The notes under the pieces: model-generated | Told to the model about the DNA's origin: nothing | Seen by the model: only the letters and a program-made list of their open reading frames with translations | Database searches by the model: none | Made by a program: the position numbers and the translations under genes | In this document: positions 8,657-17,896 of the stretch, one piece after another | How positions within the stretch are numbered: the stretch's first letter is position 1 | Layout: every line of letters starts with the position of its first letter | Origin: a phage | DNA length: 59,846 bases | Assembly: GCA_011982905.1 (NCBI GenBank) | Contig: GCA_011982905.1_4767.1 | Strand: one strand, 5' to 3'

Positions 8657-11295
8657 TGCCACCAGCAATAATTGGAGCAGCAATAGCTTTAGGTGCTTCC
8701 GCTGCCGCTGCGGCGGGGTGGATTGCTACGGGCGTAGCTTTAGCTATTGGTATGGCTGCAACTGCGGCGGGTGCTCTTTTAACTAAGACACCTAATATGA
8801 ACTTTAATGCTTATAAAGGTCAACAAGATCGTAAACAGGTTTTACGAGCAGCCGCAGCGTCTCGAACAGTAGTGTATGGCACAACGGTCGCTTCCGGAGT
8901 TATGACGTTTGCCGAGGAGCAGCCTGGAGATCAGGACGAAGACGAACTCCTGCATATGGCTCTTGTTGTAGCTTCACATCCATTGGAGGGAATTGGTGAT
9001 ATTTGGCTTGGGGATGACCTTGTACAGACTTTCGAACAGTATGTCACTTGGGAATTCCATAACGACCGTCAGACTGTAGATCCATTCATGTTAAGCAATT
9101 GCCCTTCCTGGAAAGAGGATATGATCGGGAAAGGGATTGCATGGCTTCGTATTAGCTTTAAATTTAATGCGGAAAAATTCCCGTCTGGTTTGCCAAACAT
9201 TAAGCTTCTTAAAAGAGGTCGCCGTGTATATGATCCTCGTTCTGGTTATACCATATTTAGCGATAATGCAGCGTTAGTAATACTTGATTACTTCCGCACG
9301 TATTTAAAGCGCAAAGATGAAGATATTAACTGGGACCAATTCAAAGAAGCCGCTAACATCTGTGATGAATACGTCAATAACGCTGATGGTTCTACAGAGC
9401 GCCGTTATAAAATCAACGGTGAATTTGAAGTAGATGAAGCCCCATCCAAAATTCTGGATGCTATGTTGCAAGCTTGTGGCGGCGAGCTAACGTATGTAGC
9501 GGGTAAACACGGTCTTCTGGTTGGCGCATATTACGGTCCAGCAACAATGACGCTGGACGAAAGTTGTATTGCTGGGGATATTAAAATTGTTCCAGAAACT
9601 TCTTATAAGGAGCGCACCAACACCATCACAGGGACATTTATTGATCCAAAGCAAAACTATGTTGAAGCGGACTTTCCTCCAGTTGTGGTTAAGGAATGGG
9701 TGGAAAAGGACGGCGGTGAAATAACGCAAGACATGGATTTCCGATTTGTAACAAGCGAATATCAAGCCCAACGTTTGTCTAATATTATTCTACGTCGTAA
9801 ACGTGTTGGCCGCACAATTGAAATTCCTTGTAACATGAAGGGTTATAAATTTCGTCCAGGAATGTATGTAAAAGTTACCATCACGCAGATTGGCATGAAG
9901 AATGTTGAAATGCGCGTTACCAAATGGTCTTTTAACCCTAAAGGTGGGGTTAACCTTACCTTACGTCAAGATTTCCTGGAAATGTGGGACGATGCAATTG
10001 GTAAACCTATGGACCGACCGGATCTTGTAGACTTGCCAAGTGGTGGTGTTGCTCAACCTCAAAATCTCCAATACCAGATATTGCAGATTAGCGATGTGGT
10101 ACAGGGGGTATTATCCTGGACCAACATGGGGCAAGTTGCATACAACCGCGTAGCTGTGCGACAGGGAGGCGTTACTATTTGGACCGCACAAGTCCCTGGC
10201 CAAAGCGTTCGTGTCACTGGGTTGCTGCGTGGGGCGTATACTGCGCACGTTCAAGCTGTATCGCACAGTGGAGCAATATCACCGGAAGCTTATTTGGAGT
10301 TTAATATTCAAGCACCACCGCCACCTTCATCTGTTGAGATACAGAACGGTTATTTTTCTTTAACTCTTATACCAAAGATTGCAGAGCTCACTAGTGTTAG
10401 CACACAATTTGATTTCTGGACGTCTGGTGAAACAAAACTGCCGTCTGCTAATACAGATGTTGTTGAGCGCGATGCAACCCGTGAAGGTATGGGAACTATA
10501 TGGCAGAAAAATAACTTACTCAATGACCACACTTATTACTGGTATGTAAGAACTATCAATGCTTTTGGGTCGTCCGCGTTTGTGGAAGTTGAAGCTCGTG
10601 TATGGGCAGAAACTGCACAGATCATAGAAATTATGGATAAAGAGTTTCAAGAAACTGAAACTTTCAAAAACCTCATGGAGACTGTGCAAAAGGTTGATGA
10701 CGGTGTAACGGAATTGTCCAAAGTAGTTGAAGGACAAGCTACAAAAATTGAATCGGTTCAGAGTAGTGTGGGTGATGTTGTTGTTACCGTGCAAGAGCAA
10801 TCGCAAGCACTAGCAGATCTTAATGGCAAACTTTCTGCTCAATGGGGACAAAAGGTTCAAATAGACAATAATGGCAACAAATACGTTGCAGGTATGCAGT
10901 TAGGTATTGAAGGTAGCGGAGGACAATTCCAGTCTTACTTTATGGTGAGCGCTGATAACTTTGCTATTTATAATCCTGTAGCGGGAGCAGCACAGCTTGC
11001 TTTTGCTATTAAAAACGGTCAAAGTTTCTTACAAGAAGCTTTTATTGAAAACGGATCGATTACCAACGCTAAGATTGGTAATGTTATCCAGTCCAATAAC
11101 TGGAATGGTAACGATCAAGGTTGGGCAATTACAAAAGACGGTTATTGCGTATTTAATAACGTAACCGTCAGAGGGACAGTTGTTGCTAACGCTGGTCAAT
11201 TTGGTTTCAATGGAAATGGAGGTATTACAATTGATAGTAATGGTATTCGCGTTCCGTTATCCGGTGGGGGTGTTGTCATAGTAGGACGCTGGTGA
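8644..11295 (+). CDS. tail tip / host specificity protein (lambda J-like, with gpI-like N-terminal segment)
   Basis: 883 aa; Gly/Ala-rich hydrophobic N-terminus like the lambda I C-terminus; C-terminal half carries J-like motifs (YYWYVRTINAFGSSAFVE, KYVAGMQLG, FLQEAFIENGSITNAKI). Confidence 0.8.
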   Translation: MEGLMPPAIIGAAIALGASAAAAAGWIATGVALAIGMAATAAGALLTKTPNMNFNAYKGQQDRKQVLRAAAASRTVVYGTTVASGVMTFAEEQPGDQDEDELLHMALVVASHPLEGIGDIWLGDDLVQTFEQYVTWEFHNDRQTVDPFMLSNCPSWKEDMIGKGIAWLRISFKFNAEKFPSGLPNIKLLKRGRRVYDPRSGYTIFSDNAALVILDYFRTYLKRKDEDINWDQFKEAANICDEYVNNADGSTERRYKINGEFEVDEAPSKILDAMLQACGGELTYVAGKHGLLVGAYYGPATMTLDESCIAGDIKIVPETSYKERTNTITGTFIDPKQNYVEADFPPVVVKEWVEKDGGEITQDMDFRFVTSEYQAQRLSNIILRRKRVGRTIEIPCNMKGYKFRPGMYVKVTITQIGMKNVEMRVTKWSFNPKGGVNLTLRQDFLEMWDDAIGKPMDRPDLVDLPSGGVAQPQNLQYQILQISDVVQGVLSWTNMGQVAYNRVAVRQGGVTIWTAQVPGQSVRVTGLLRGAYTAHVQAVSHSGAISPEAYLEFNIQAPPPPSSVEIQNGYFSLTLIPKIAELTSVSTQFDFWTSGETKLPSANTDVVERDATREGMGTIWQKNNLLNDHTYYWYVRTINAFGSSAFVEVEARVWAETAQIIEIMDKEFQETETFKNLMETVQKVDDGVTELSKVVEGQATKIESVQSSVGDVVVTVQEQSQALADLNGKLSAQWGQKVQIDNNGNKYVAGMQLGIEGSGGQFQSYFMVSADNFAIYNPVAGAAQLAFAIKNGQSFLQEAFIENGSITNAKIGNVIQSNNWNGNDQGWAITKDGYCVFNNVTVRGTVVANAGQFGFNGNGGITIDSNGIRVPLSGGGVVIVGRW

Positions 11296-11304
11296 TCAAA
11301 TAAT

Positions 11305-11326
11305 AAACGGGGCGCATGCCCCGTTT
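11305..11326. terminator. bidirectional intrinsic terminator
   Basis: 9-bp stem AAACGGGGC / GCCCCGTTT with GCAT loop, AT/T-rich on both sides; sits between convergent genes ending at 11295 (+) and 11328 (-). Confidence 0.65.
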
Positions 11327-11327
11327 A

Positions 11328-12293
11328 TTAATACATATTTGGTATAGCTATGAGCGGTGTTGAGATCACCACGTTACGACCGGGCATTTGGAATTGTTGT
11401 CGCGAGTAGTTGCCTACCACGCGGTTTCTTGCAGCACCTACCACGTTATCTGCCATGCGAATCCCGTTCATGCGAATATGATTATAACCTCCGTTGTTCT
11501 CAATAAGCGTACCTGTGTATGCAAGTTGTATTAAGCTGTTACCAATATTTTGCCAGCCTGCGCTAAGATCTACTGTTCCGTTGAATACAAAAGGCTTCTT
11601 AACCGTGGAGAACGTAACCTGTCCCGCGCTGTTTGTCATGGTAATACCATCACCAGGCTGTGGGGGAGTGTTATTAAATATTACTAATTCCATTCCAACA
11701 GAAGCCGCTACGTCATCAATTCCACCATATGCTGCGTTGCGAACAATAATATTCGAACCATCAAAACCTACTGATACGTTAGGGTCGTTCCAGCGAGCAA
11801 ACGGAACACCACCGACAGGTAATGGCATACTGCCGTTAACCCATACGTACTGGGAATACTGACAAGTCATGAGAAAGGCTGCGTTGGATATTGCTGTGAA
11901 GTCCGTGGAGTTAGCCACAAATAGACCCTCGTTTCGCGTTCCTACCGGTAGCAGTTCCATAATCACCCCTGCCCATTGCGGCAGTCCGCTATAGGCACCC
12001 AGTCCGTCCGCACCTCGCAACGTCACCCCACCGTTACCGTTTCGAGTTACAGACGTTACATACATTGGATCAGGGATAACTAGCGTCTGATCAAATACTT
12101 CCAGTACTTCAACTGGGTTAGTCATAATAACGACATGCTGCGATCCTGGCGTCAGAGGTGTATTGATGGTTAGTGTTTTGTCAGATTGACATCGCTGATT
12201 GAAGTTAGCGCAAAAAGACGGGGCTCTCAATCCTGCTGTTATTTGCATTGCAGGTCTACCGTCATTGTAGTTTATATAAATACCCTCTGGCAT
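11328..12293 (-). CDS. hypothetical beta-rich protein encoded antisense within the tail module
   Basis: ATG at 12293 preceded by GGAG; 321 aa, Gly/Asn/Thr/Val-rich; own divergent promoter region and convergent terminator. Confidence 0.5.
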   Translation of the reverse strand: MPEGIYINYNDGRPAMQITAGLRAPSFCANFNQRCQSDKTLTINTPLTPGSQHVVIMTNPVEVLEVFDQTLVIPDPMYVTSVTRNGNGGVTLRGADGLGAYSGLPQWAGVIMELLPVGTRNEGLFVANSTDFTAISNAAFLMTCQYSQYVWVNGSMPLPVGGVPFARWNDPNVSVGFDGSNIIVRNAAYGGIDDVAASVGMELVIFNNTPPQPGDGITMTNSAGQVTFSTVKKPFVFNGTVDLSAGWQNIGNSLIQLAYTGTLIENNGGYNHIRMNGIRMADNVVGAARNRVVGNYSRQQFQMPGRNVVISTPLIAIPNMY

Positions 12294-12417
12294 AATTACT
12301 CCAACAATGTGGTTAAAGATGATAGACAATATTGTTTTATATTCTAATTTAATTTACCATATTTATATGCCATAGTGCATCCATTAATTGATCAACTCTG
12401 CGAAACAAGAGGTAAAA

Positions 12418-14526
12418 ATGGCAACTCGTTTATATGGTATTCTGAAGGATGGTTTAAATAAACCGATTGTTAACGCTACCGTCGCCCTTTTAGCAAAAGG
12501 GAACACAATTACCGTTCTTAATGGTAGTGAGGCTGTATTTCGTACAGACGGAGAAGGTTCCTATAATGTAACTGTGCAAGCAGGGCATTACAAAGTGATC
12601 ATTGGACCACAGGGTCTTGAGCCTTATAAAGCTGGTGAGATAGTTATTTATTCCGACAGCCCTGAAGGTTCGCTAAACGGATATTTAATCAACTGGGCTC
12701 CGGAAGAATTAACTCCGGACGTTATCAAACAAGTCCAGCAACTTGTGGCTAACTCTGAAGAATATGCTCTGCAAGCTGGTCGCTCTGCTGCCGCAGCAAA
12801 CGCAGATGCTACGGACGCTCGCAATAGTAAGGCTTCCGCTGCTCAATCTGCTTCGGATGCACTTGTCTATAAAAATGATGCCAAAGCTAGCGAAGACGCT
12901 GCTAAACAAGCACAAGCTGGAGCTGCTGGTTCTGCTAACACTGCGACCCAAGCTGTAACCACAATTCAAGGTCTTAAATCTGACGTTGAGCAGTTAAAAA
13001 CAGATACACAGGGTATTAAGAATAGCGCAGTAACGGAAACTACCGCGCTAAAAGACGCTGCTGCTGCTTCAGCTACGCAAGCAAGTAATAGTGCTACCGA
13101 AGCAGGACAACAAGCTGGTAACGCGGCTGGTAGCGCAAATAGCGCTAAGGGCGACGCGGACCGTGCAAAGGCAGAAGCAGACCGTGCGGAAGTTGCAGCT
13201 AACAGGGCCCCGGATCTTCAACCTTTCCCTGACGTATGGATTCCATTTAATGACTCGCTTGATATGCTTGCAGGTTACTCGCCAGGGTATAAGAAAATAA
13301 CAGTTGGTGAAGATGTTATTACAATGCCTTCTGATAAGGTTGTTAGTTTCTCGCGTGCGTCAAATGCAACATACATAAATAAGCATGGTGAATTTTGCAT
13401 TGCTAATATCGATGAACCTAGATTTGAAAAGCAAGGACTCTTGATTGAAGGCCAGAGGACAAACCACATAACTTACAGCAATGACCCAGCGTCATTGAAT
13501 AGTGATAAGCATCGTAGCGACGTTACCTACGGTATCGATAAATATGGATTTACCTATAGTACCGCAACCGCAAATGAAAACGGTCAAGGTGATACACCTT
13601 CACTATTTTATTGCGAATACAATAACAACATATATTGTGAACAGAACGAATACGCAACCTTATCTATTAGAGTAAAAGCGAGTAATATTTCCATAATTCC
13701 TCAATTCTATGCGTTAGGAGAAGATAATGCCCTTATTCTTGTTGTAAGATCTATAGTGTCGTGCGACACAGGGGAGGTGACATCTACACTCGAAGCTAGA
13801 GGAACCGTAACACACAGAATTATCAAAGAAGATAACGGATGGCTGAAGGTTGAAATAATATGTAAATTTTCCGATATTGCAGGTGCTATGATTGGGAGTA
13901 TTAACTATGCCCGCGGCTCTAACGGGGATAACGTGCAAGTTGGGGATACAATATCATTTTGTACTCCGCAATTTGAAAAGGGTTTTTGTGCATCCTCCTT
14001 CATTATTACGGGAAGCACGCCTGCAACAAGGGCTCTGGATTATGTTACTATACCTGCAAGAAATAATTTCTCAGGAACGAATATTTCATTCCTTGCTGAG
14101 GTAAGTATTAACTGGGATAGCTTTGAATTAGTTAATACATACCCGATGATAATGGATAACAGTAAATATAATATAGCAGGGGAATCTTTTGTATCGGAGA
14201 TGTTTATGGCTACAAGAGTGCCTAGCGTTTACTTTTTAAATAAGGAAACTGGACGTTCTACAGGCTCAAACGGAGCTTCATTTAGTGGTGTTGGCATCCC
14301 CTCCGTATGGGGTTTTATACATACAAAAAACGGGGATGTAACATCGTTTTTGAATGGTTTTAAGAATATAACATCCTCCGGTTCAACGTGGGAAGGACTA
14401 TCTCCGGATTCCTTGCTGGAGATAGGCGGTAGACCTTCCGATTCAACTAAATTATATGGACACATACGAAACCTTAGAATATGGAATCGAGTATTAACGG
14501 ATAGTCAAATGAGGGAGAAAGTTTAA
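12418..14526 (+). CDS. side tail fibre (lambda Stf-like N-terminus, LamG-like C-terminal domain)
   Basis: ATG at 12418 with AAGAGG RBS; N-terminal ~90 aa resemble the lambda Stf N-terminus (GILKDG..KP..N.T); Ala/Ser-rich collar; C-terminus ends LRIWNRVLTDSQM, typical of a concanavalin/LamG-like jelly roll. Confidence 0.8.
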   Translation: MATRLYGILKDGLNKPIVNATVALLAKGNTITVLNGSEAVFRTDGEGSYNVTVQAGHYKVIIGPQGLEPYKAGEIVIYSDSPEGSLNGYLINWAPEELTPDVIKQVQQLVANSEEYALQAGRSAAAANADATDARNSKASAAQSASDALVYKNDAKASEDAAKQAQAGAAGSANTATQAVTTIQGLKSDVEQLKTDTQGIKNSAVTETTALKDAAAASATQASNSATEAGQQAGNAAGSANSAKGDADRAKAEADRAEVAANRAPDLQPFPDVWIPFNDSLDMLAGYSPGYKKITVGEDVITMPSDKVVSFSRASNATYINKHGEFCIANIDEPRFEKQGLLIEGQRTNHITYSNDPASLNSDKHRSDVTYGIDKYGFTYSTATANENGQGDTPSLFYCEYNNNIYCEQNEYATLSIRVKASNISIIPQFYALGEDNALILVVRSIVSCDTGEVTSTLEARGTVTHRIIKEDNGWLKVEIICKFSDIAGAMIGSINYARGSNGDNVQVGDTISFCTPQFEKGFCASSFIITGSTPATRALDYVTIPARNNFSGTNISFLAEVSINWDSFELVNTYPMIMDNSKYNIAGESFVSEMFMATRVPSVYFLNKETGRSTGSNGASFSGVGIPSVWGFIHTKNGDVTSFLNGFKNITSSGSTWEGLSPDSLLEIGGRPSDSTKLYGHIRNLRIWNRVLTDSQMREKV

Positions 14527-14527
14527 A

Positions 14528-14794
14528 ATGAAAGATATTAATTTGCAATTTAAAGACGAAAAACATTATCGGGATGTTGTCATTAATAGTAACTGGCTTA
14601 AGACAAACTACGGTAAAGTGTTTGTAGATGAAATTGGTTTTGTCCTCATAGTAGATGACCCGAAAAGCAAGACGCCAGTTGTTATTGGTAAAGAAGGTTA
14701 TTATATAGATATAAGAATAATAGGAGACAATGTAGACTTGTCGGAACTTGAACAATTTATTATTAAGAATCCCTGTGTACGTAAATGGGCATAA
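14528..14794 (+). CDS. hypothetical protein (possible fibre accessory protein)
   Basis: 88-aa ORF with GAGGGAG RBS between two fibre genes. Confidence 0.4.
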   Translation: MKDINLQFKDEKHYRDVVINSNWLKTNYGKVFVDEIGFVLIVDDPKSKTPVVIGKEGYYIDIRIIGDNVDLSELEQFIIKNPCVRKWA

Positions 14795-14804
14795 GAGGTG
14801 ATCA

Positions 14805-16565
14805 ATGACTACTTATACTAATATTCCTCAGGACATTACAAAGCTTAAATTCGAAAAGATGGATAAAAGTAATAACTTATCTGATCTTGCGGACCGTGCC
14901 GCTGCGTGGTTAAACGTTCGACCAATTGGGTCTACACCCTTAGCTGGGGACCCCGTTAGCGATTATGATGCAACAACTAAACGTTGGGTAGAGAACCTGA
15001 TTAACACAGGTACAGTTGGTCCAACAATGAACGGGGTGATGAATTACGGGGTAGGGGATTTCCATCTTCGGGATAGTCGTGCATATATACAACCGTATGA
15101 AGTGGTCGCTGACGGTCAATTGCTTAATCGCGCTGACTGGCCTGAATTATGGAATTACGCTCAAATGGTGGGCGCTATAGATGATTCTGAATGGCTAGCT
15201 GATAAATTCCAGCGCGGCAAATATTCTAAGGGTGACGGAGCAACAACTTTTCGTGTCCCCGATAAAAACGGTGTTCAAGAAGGATCAGTCAGAGCGCTTT
15301 ATGGTCGTGGTGATGGCGGCGCTAGTAGTGCAAACGGACAAATATTCGAATCCGCTGCGCCTAATATTACAGGTTTTTTCACCACATATTCAGCTCAAAC
15401 CTATGGCCAGGTATTAGGTCAAACTGGTGGTTGTTTTAACGCAAACAATAATGCTTTCCCTGAAGGAAAAGGCGATGGAATCCCTCCAGGGACTACAGCT
15501 CTTGCTGGACGTTACAACACCTGTGACTTCAATGCTTCAATTTCAAGTCCAATTTACGGCGCATCCACTGATGAAATCCTTACGCGCAACTTTGTCGGTG
15601 TGTGGGTAATCCGTGCGTCAGGTGGGTTTGTTGCGGCAAATACATCATGGAGTGTAATAAACGCTGATGCTGTCAAACCTTCTTCTGGAACAATTGTAAG
15701 AGGGGGTAGTGTAAAATCAGAATACAAGATAGGTACGACTACCACACATCAAGCGTATTTGCAATCTTACGGAAAGATTGATGGATTGAGCAGCGAATCA
15801 GGGGCGGTGTTATCAAATGGTGTTCAGGAATGGGCGTTCAGTCAAGATGGTACATTACGCCTTCCAAACGCAGAATTTCAGATCGGGACATTGAGAACTG
15901 ATGGAGCGCTACAGGTTGACGCATACATACGAGCAAAAGACTTCGTTGCACAGCCGTTAAACTCTGTCGGCGTTTCTGCTATAGAAAGAAACGCCATGAG
16001 GATGATAAACTATGCAAATGTTGGTGAAGGGTATTTTATAAACTCTATAAGTGGCGATTGGTACGATGGAAGCTGGATTCTTGGTGGGATTCGCTCTGGT
16101 AGCACGTTGTTAGATAGGGCACAGCTTAATGTCTACGGAGGAAATGGATCAGCTGGGTCTTATCTTTTTGGGTCGGACGGTATAGCAAAATGTCAAGAAT
16201 GGAGAAGCTTATCTGATAAACGAATTAAAAGCAATATTGAGCGTATAGATAACCCACTATCTAAGATGAGAAACATCAAAGGCGTTAAATGGACATTGGA
16301 AACAAATGGGTCAGTTGGGTATGGATTTATTGCTCAGGATGTAGAGAAGGATTTCCCTGAAGCAGTATCCGAAACAAAGTCCTCTCCTGTTACCTTACGC
16401 AATGGTTCATCCGTGACTGATGTAAAGTCTGTAAACACTTCCGGTATAGCCGCAGCGCTACATCATGAAGCAATTCTTGCTTTGATGCAAAAAGTGGAGA
16501 ACCTAGAAGCGGAATTAGCTGCACTAAAAGAAGCGAATGGTTCACAGCAAACTAACCTTCCATAA
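14805..16565 (+). CDS. tail fibre with C-terminal intramolecular chaperone (peptidase S74-like) domain
   Basis: 586 aa; C-terminal SDKRIKSNIERIDNPL...VKWTL...GFIAQDVE motif typical of the autoproteolytic chaperone domain of phage fibres, followed by a coiled coil. Confidence 0.75.
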   Translation: MTTYTNIPQDITKLKFEKMDKSNNLSDLADRAAAWLNVRPIGSTPLAGDPVSDYDATTKRWVENLINTGTVGPTMNGVMNYGVGDFHLRDSRAYIQPYEVVADGQLLNRADWPELWNYAQMVGAIDDSEWLADKFQRGKYSKGDGATTFRVPDKNGVQEGSVRALYGRGDGGASSANGQIFESAAPNITGFFTTYSAQTYGQVLGQTGGCFNANNNAFPEGKGDGIPPGTTALAGRYNTCDFNASISSPIYGASTDEILTRNFVGVWVIRASGGFVAANTSWSVINADAVKPSSGTIVRGGSVKSEYKIGTTTTHQAYLQSYGKIDGLSSESGAVLSNGVQEWAFSQDGTLRLPNAEFQIGTLRTDGALQVDAYIRAKDFVAQPLNSVGVSAIERNAMRMINYANVGEGYFINSISGDWYDGSWILGGIRSGSTLLDRAQLNVYGGNGSAGSYLFGSDGIAKCQEWRSLSDKRIKSNIERIDNPLSKMRNIKGVKWTLETNGSVGYGFIAQDVEKDFPEAVSETKSSPVTLRNGSSVTDVKSVNTSGIAAALHHEAILALMQKVENLEAELAALKEANGSQQTNLP

Positions 16566-16581
16566 CCACATCTAACTTCTC

Positions 16582-16606
16582 AGCGCGTCTTCGGGCGCGC
16601 TTTTTA
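16582..16606 (+). terminator. intrinsic terminator
   Basis: GC-rich stem AGCGCGTC / GGCGCGCT closed by a TTCG tetraloop, followed by T5. Confidence 0.7.
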
Positions 16607-16684
16607 TTGACTGTCAATCCCAATTTACAAAATCTTTACATTTGGATCATTGTAAAAAGCATGTTAAGGGGTATGCTTTACTTC

Positions 16685-16700
16685 GTAACCAGTTGGTTAC
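16685..16700 (+). promoter_or_regulatory. operator-like palindrome GTAACCA-GT-TGGTTAC
   Basis: Perfect 7-bp inverted repeat with 2-bp spacer, 35 bp upstream of the ATG at 16735, in an AT-rich promoter-like gap. Confidence 0.35.
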
Positions 16701-16734
16701 ATCCGCTTAACAATCCATATATGGAGATCTTCCT

Positions 16735-16998
16735 ATGTCTGACATGACTCTTTTACCTACTAATCTCGGTGGCGACGGTTTCGGCGGTGAAGCTGGTGCG
16801 GCTGGTATCGGTGGCGCGATCGGTGGCTTAATTGGTTCCTGGATCGGTAATGGTTGGGGTGGCAATGGTGGTTGGGGTGGTCGCGGTAACTTCGCCGGTC
16901 CGGTGGAAGTGCAAGCTTCTATTGACACCAACGCAATTCTGCAAGCTATCAACAACGGTACTCTTCAGACCATTCAGGGCAGAACGGTACTAACCTGA
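16735..16998 (+). CDS. glycine-rich small protein with possible double-glycine leader (MSDMTLLPTNLGG)
   Basis: 87-aa ORF with GGAGA RBS; residues 12-52 are Gly/Ala/Trp-rich (GGDGFGGEAGAAGIGGAIGGLIGSWIGNGWGGNGGWGG); flanked by promoter-like region and terminator-like hairpin. Confidence 0.45.
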   Translation: MSDMTLLPTNLGGDGFGGEAGAAGIGGAIGGLIGSWIGNGWGGNGGWGGRGNFAGPVEVQASIDTNAILQAINNGTLQTIQGRTVLT

Positions 16999-17120
16999 CT
17001 GTTGAGCGCTCCGCTGCTTCTACCTATAACGGTATTACTCAGCAGAACACTCAAAACCTACTGGCTTCCGTTCAGGGCTTTGCTGGTCTGAACACGCAGA
17101 TCCAGGGTGGCACCAGCCAA

Positions 17121-17441
17121 GTGCTCGCGGCTCTGTGTAACAACGAAGCAGCTAACATTACCCGTTCCTTCCAGGCGCAGCTAGAAGCTCAGAAGTGTTG
17201 CTGCGAAACCAACCTGAACATCGAGCGTCAAGCAGAAGCTACTCGTGCGCTCCTGCGCGATCAGCACGCACAGGCGCAAGCAGTTCTGATCTGTGACCTG
17301 AAATCTCAGTTGCAGGAAGCTCGCTTTGCAAACTCTCAGTTGGCACAAACGGCTGGTCTTACTTGTAAGATCAATCAGGTTGAGCAGTTAGTTAACTTTA
17401 AACTGCCAACTCCTCCGACTCCTCCGACTGGCTGCTGCTAA
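17121..17441 (+). CDS. Cys-containing Gln-rich ORF (GTG start; possibly continuous with upstream ORF)
   Basis: This frame is open from 16926, overlapping the 3' end of the 16735 ORF in the -1 frame, with no ATG before the GTG at 17121; contains CCC and C-terminal PTPPTPPTGCC. Confidence 0.35.
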   Translation: MLAALCNNEAANITRSFQAQLEAQKCCCETNLNIERQAEATRALLRDQHAQAQAVLICDLKSQLQEARFANSQLAQTAGLTCKINQVEQLVNFKLPTPPTPPTGCC

Positions 17442-17463
17442 TCGTTGAAGTGTGGTTAAACTA

Positions 17464-17498
17464 AAGCGCCTTTCGCTCCTCCGCTTGGGGCGCTTTTA
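17464..17498 (+). terminator. terminator-like hairpin
   Basis: AAAGCGCC ... GGCGCTTTT with an 18-nt loop, followed by T-tract, then the RBS of the next gene. Confidence 0.4.
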
Positions 17499-17512
17499 AC
17501 AGAGGTACTATC

Positions 17513-17881
17513 ATGAGCCACATTAAAATTGCAACGATGGGAATGCCACGGGTCAAATTGCCTAAGGTTGCTTTACCTTGCATTAGCGTAGGTGAGCACC
17601 ACCATGAACATAAGAAAGAGGAATATAAACATGCTCACTCTTATGCTCGAGATCATGAACATATGGCAGCTATGTCAAATGTTCTTGACCGGATGGAAGA
17701 ACCTCCGCATACGTGGGCGGCGTACCACGACAAGCCCGGTGGTATGATGTCCATTGTTGAAATGGAATACCGCGAATTAATGGAGTGTAAGAAAGAAGGC
17801 GACCGCGCAGGGATCATGAAAGAGTTGACTGATCTTGCCGCAGCTTGTACTTGTGCTCTTCAAAAAATGAAAGATATGTAA
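17513..17881 (+). CDS. hypothetical protein, His-rich N-terminus, MazG-like NTP pyrophosphohydrolase motifs
   Basis: 122 aa; EMEYRE ... KELTDL spacing resembles the EExxE...ExxD pattern of all-alpha NTP pyrophosphatases; N-terminal HHHEH..H cluster. Confidence 0.3.
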   Translation: MSHIKIATMGMPRVKLPKVALPCISVGEHHHEHKKEEYKHAHSYARDHEHMAAMSNVLDRMEEPPHTWAAYHDKPGGMMSIVEMEYRELMECKKEGDRAGIMKELTDLAAACTCALQKMKDM

Positions 17882-17896
17882 GAATAGGAAGCCGAC

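Noticed and set aside
16926-16998. Programmed -1 frameshift joining the 16735 and 17121 ORFs
   Set aside because: No XXXYYYZ slippery heptamer exists in the 72-nt overlap, so a programmed shift is not supported; an indel or two separate genes remain possible.
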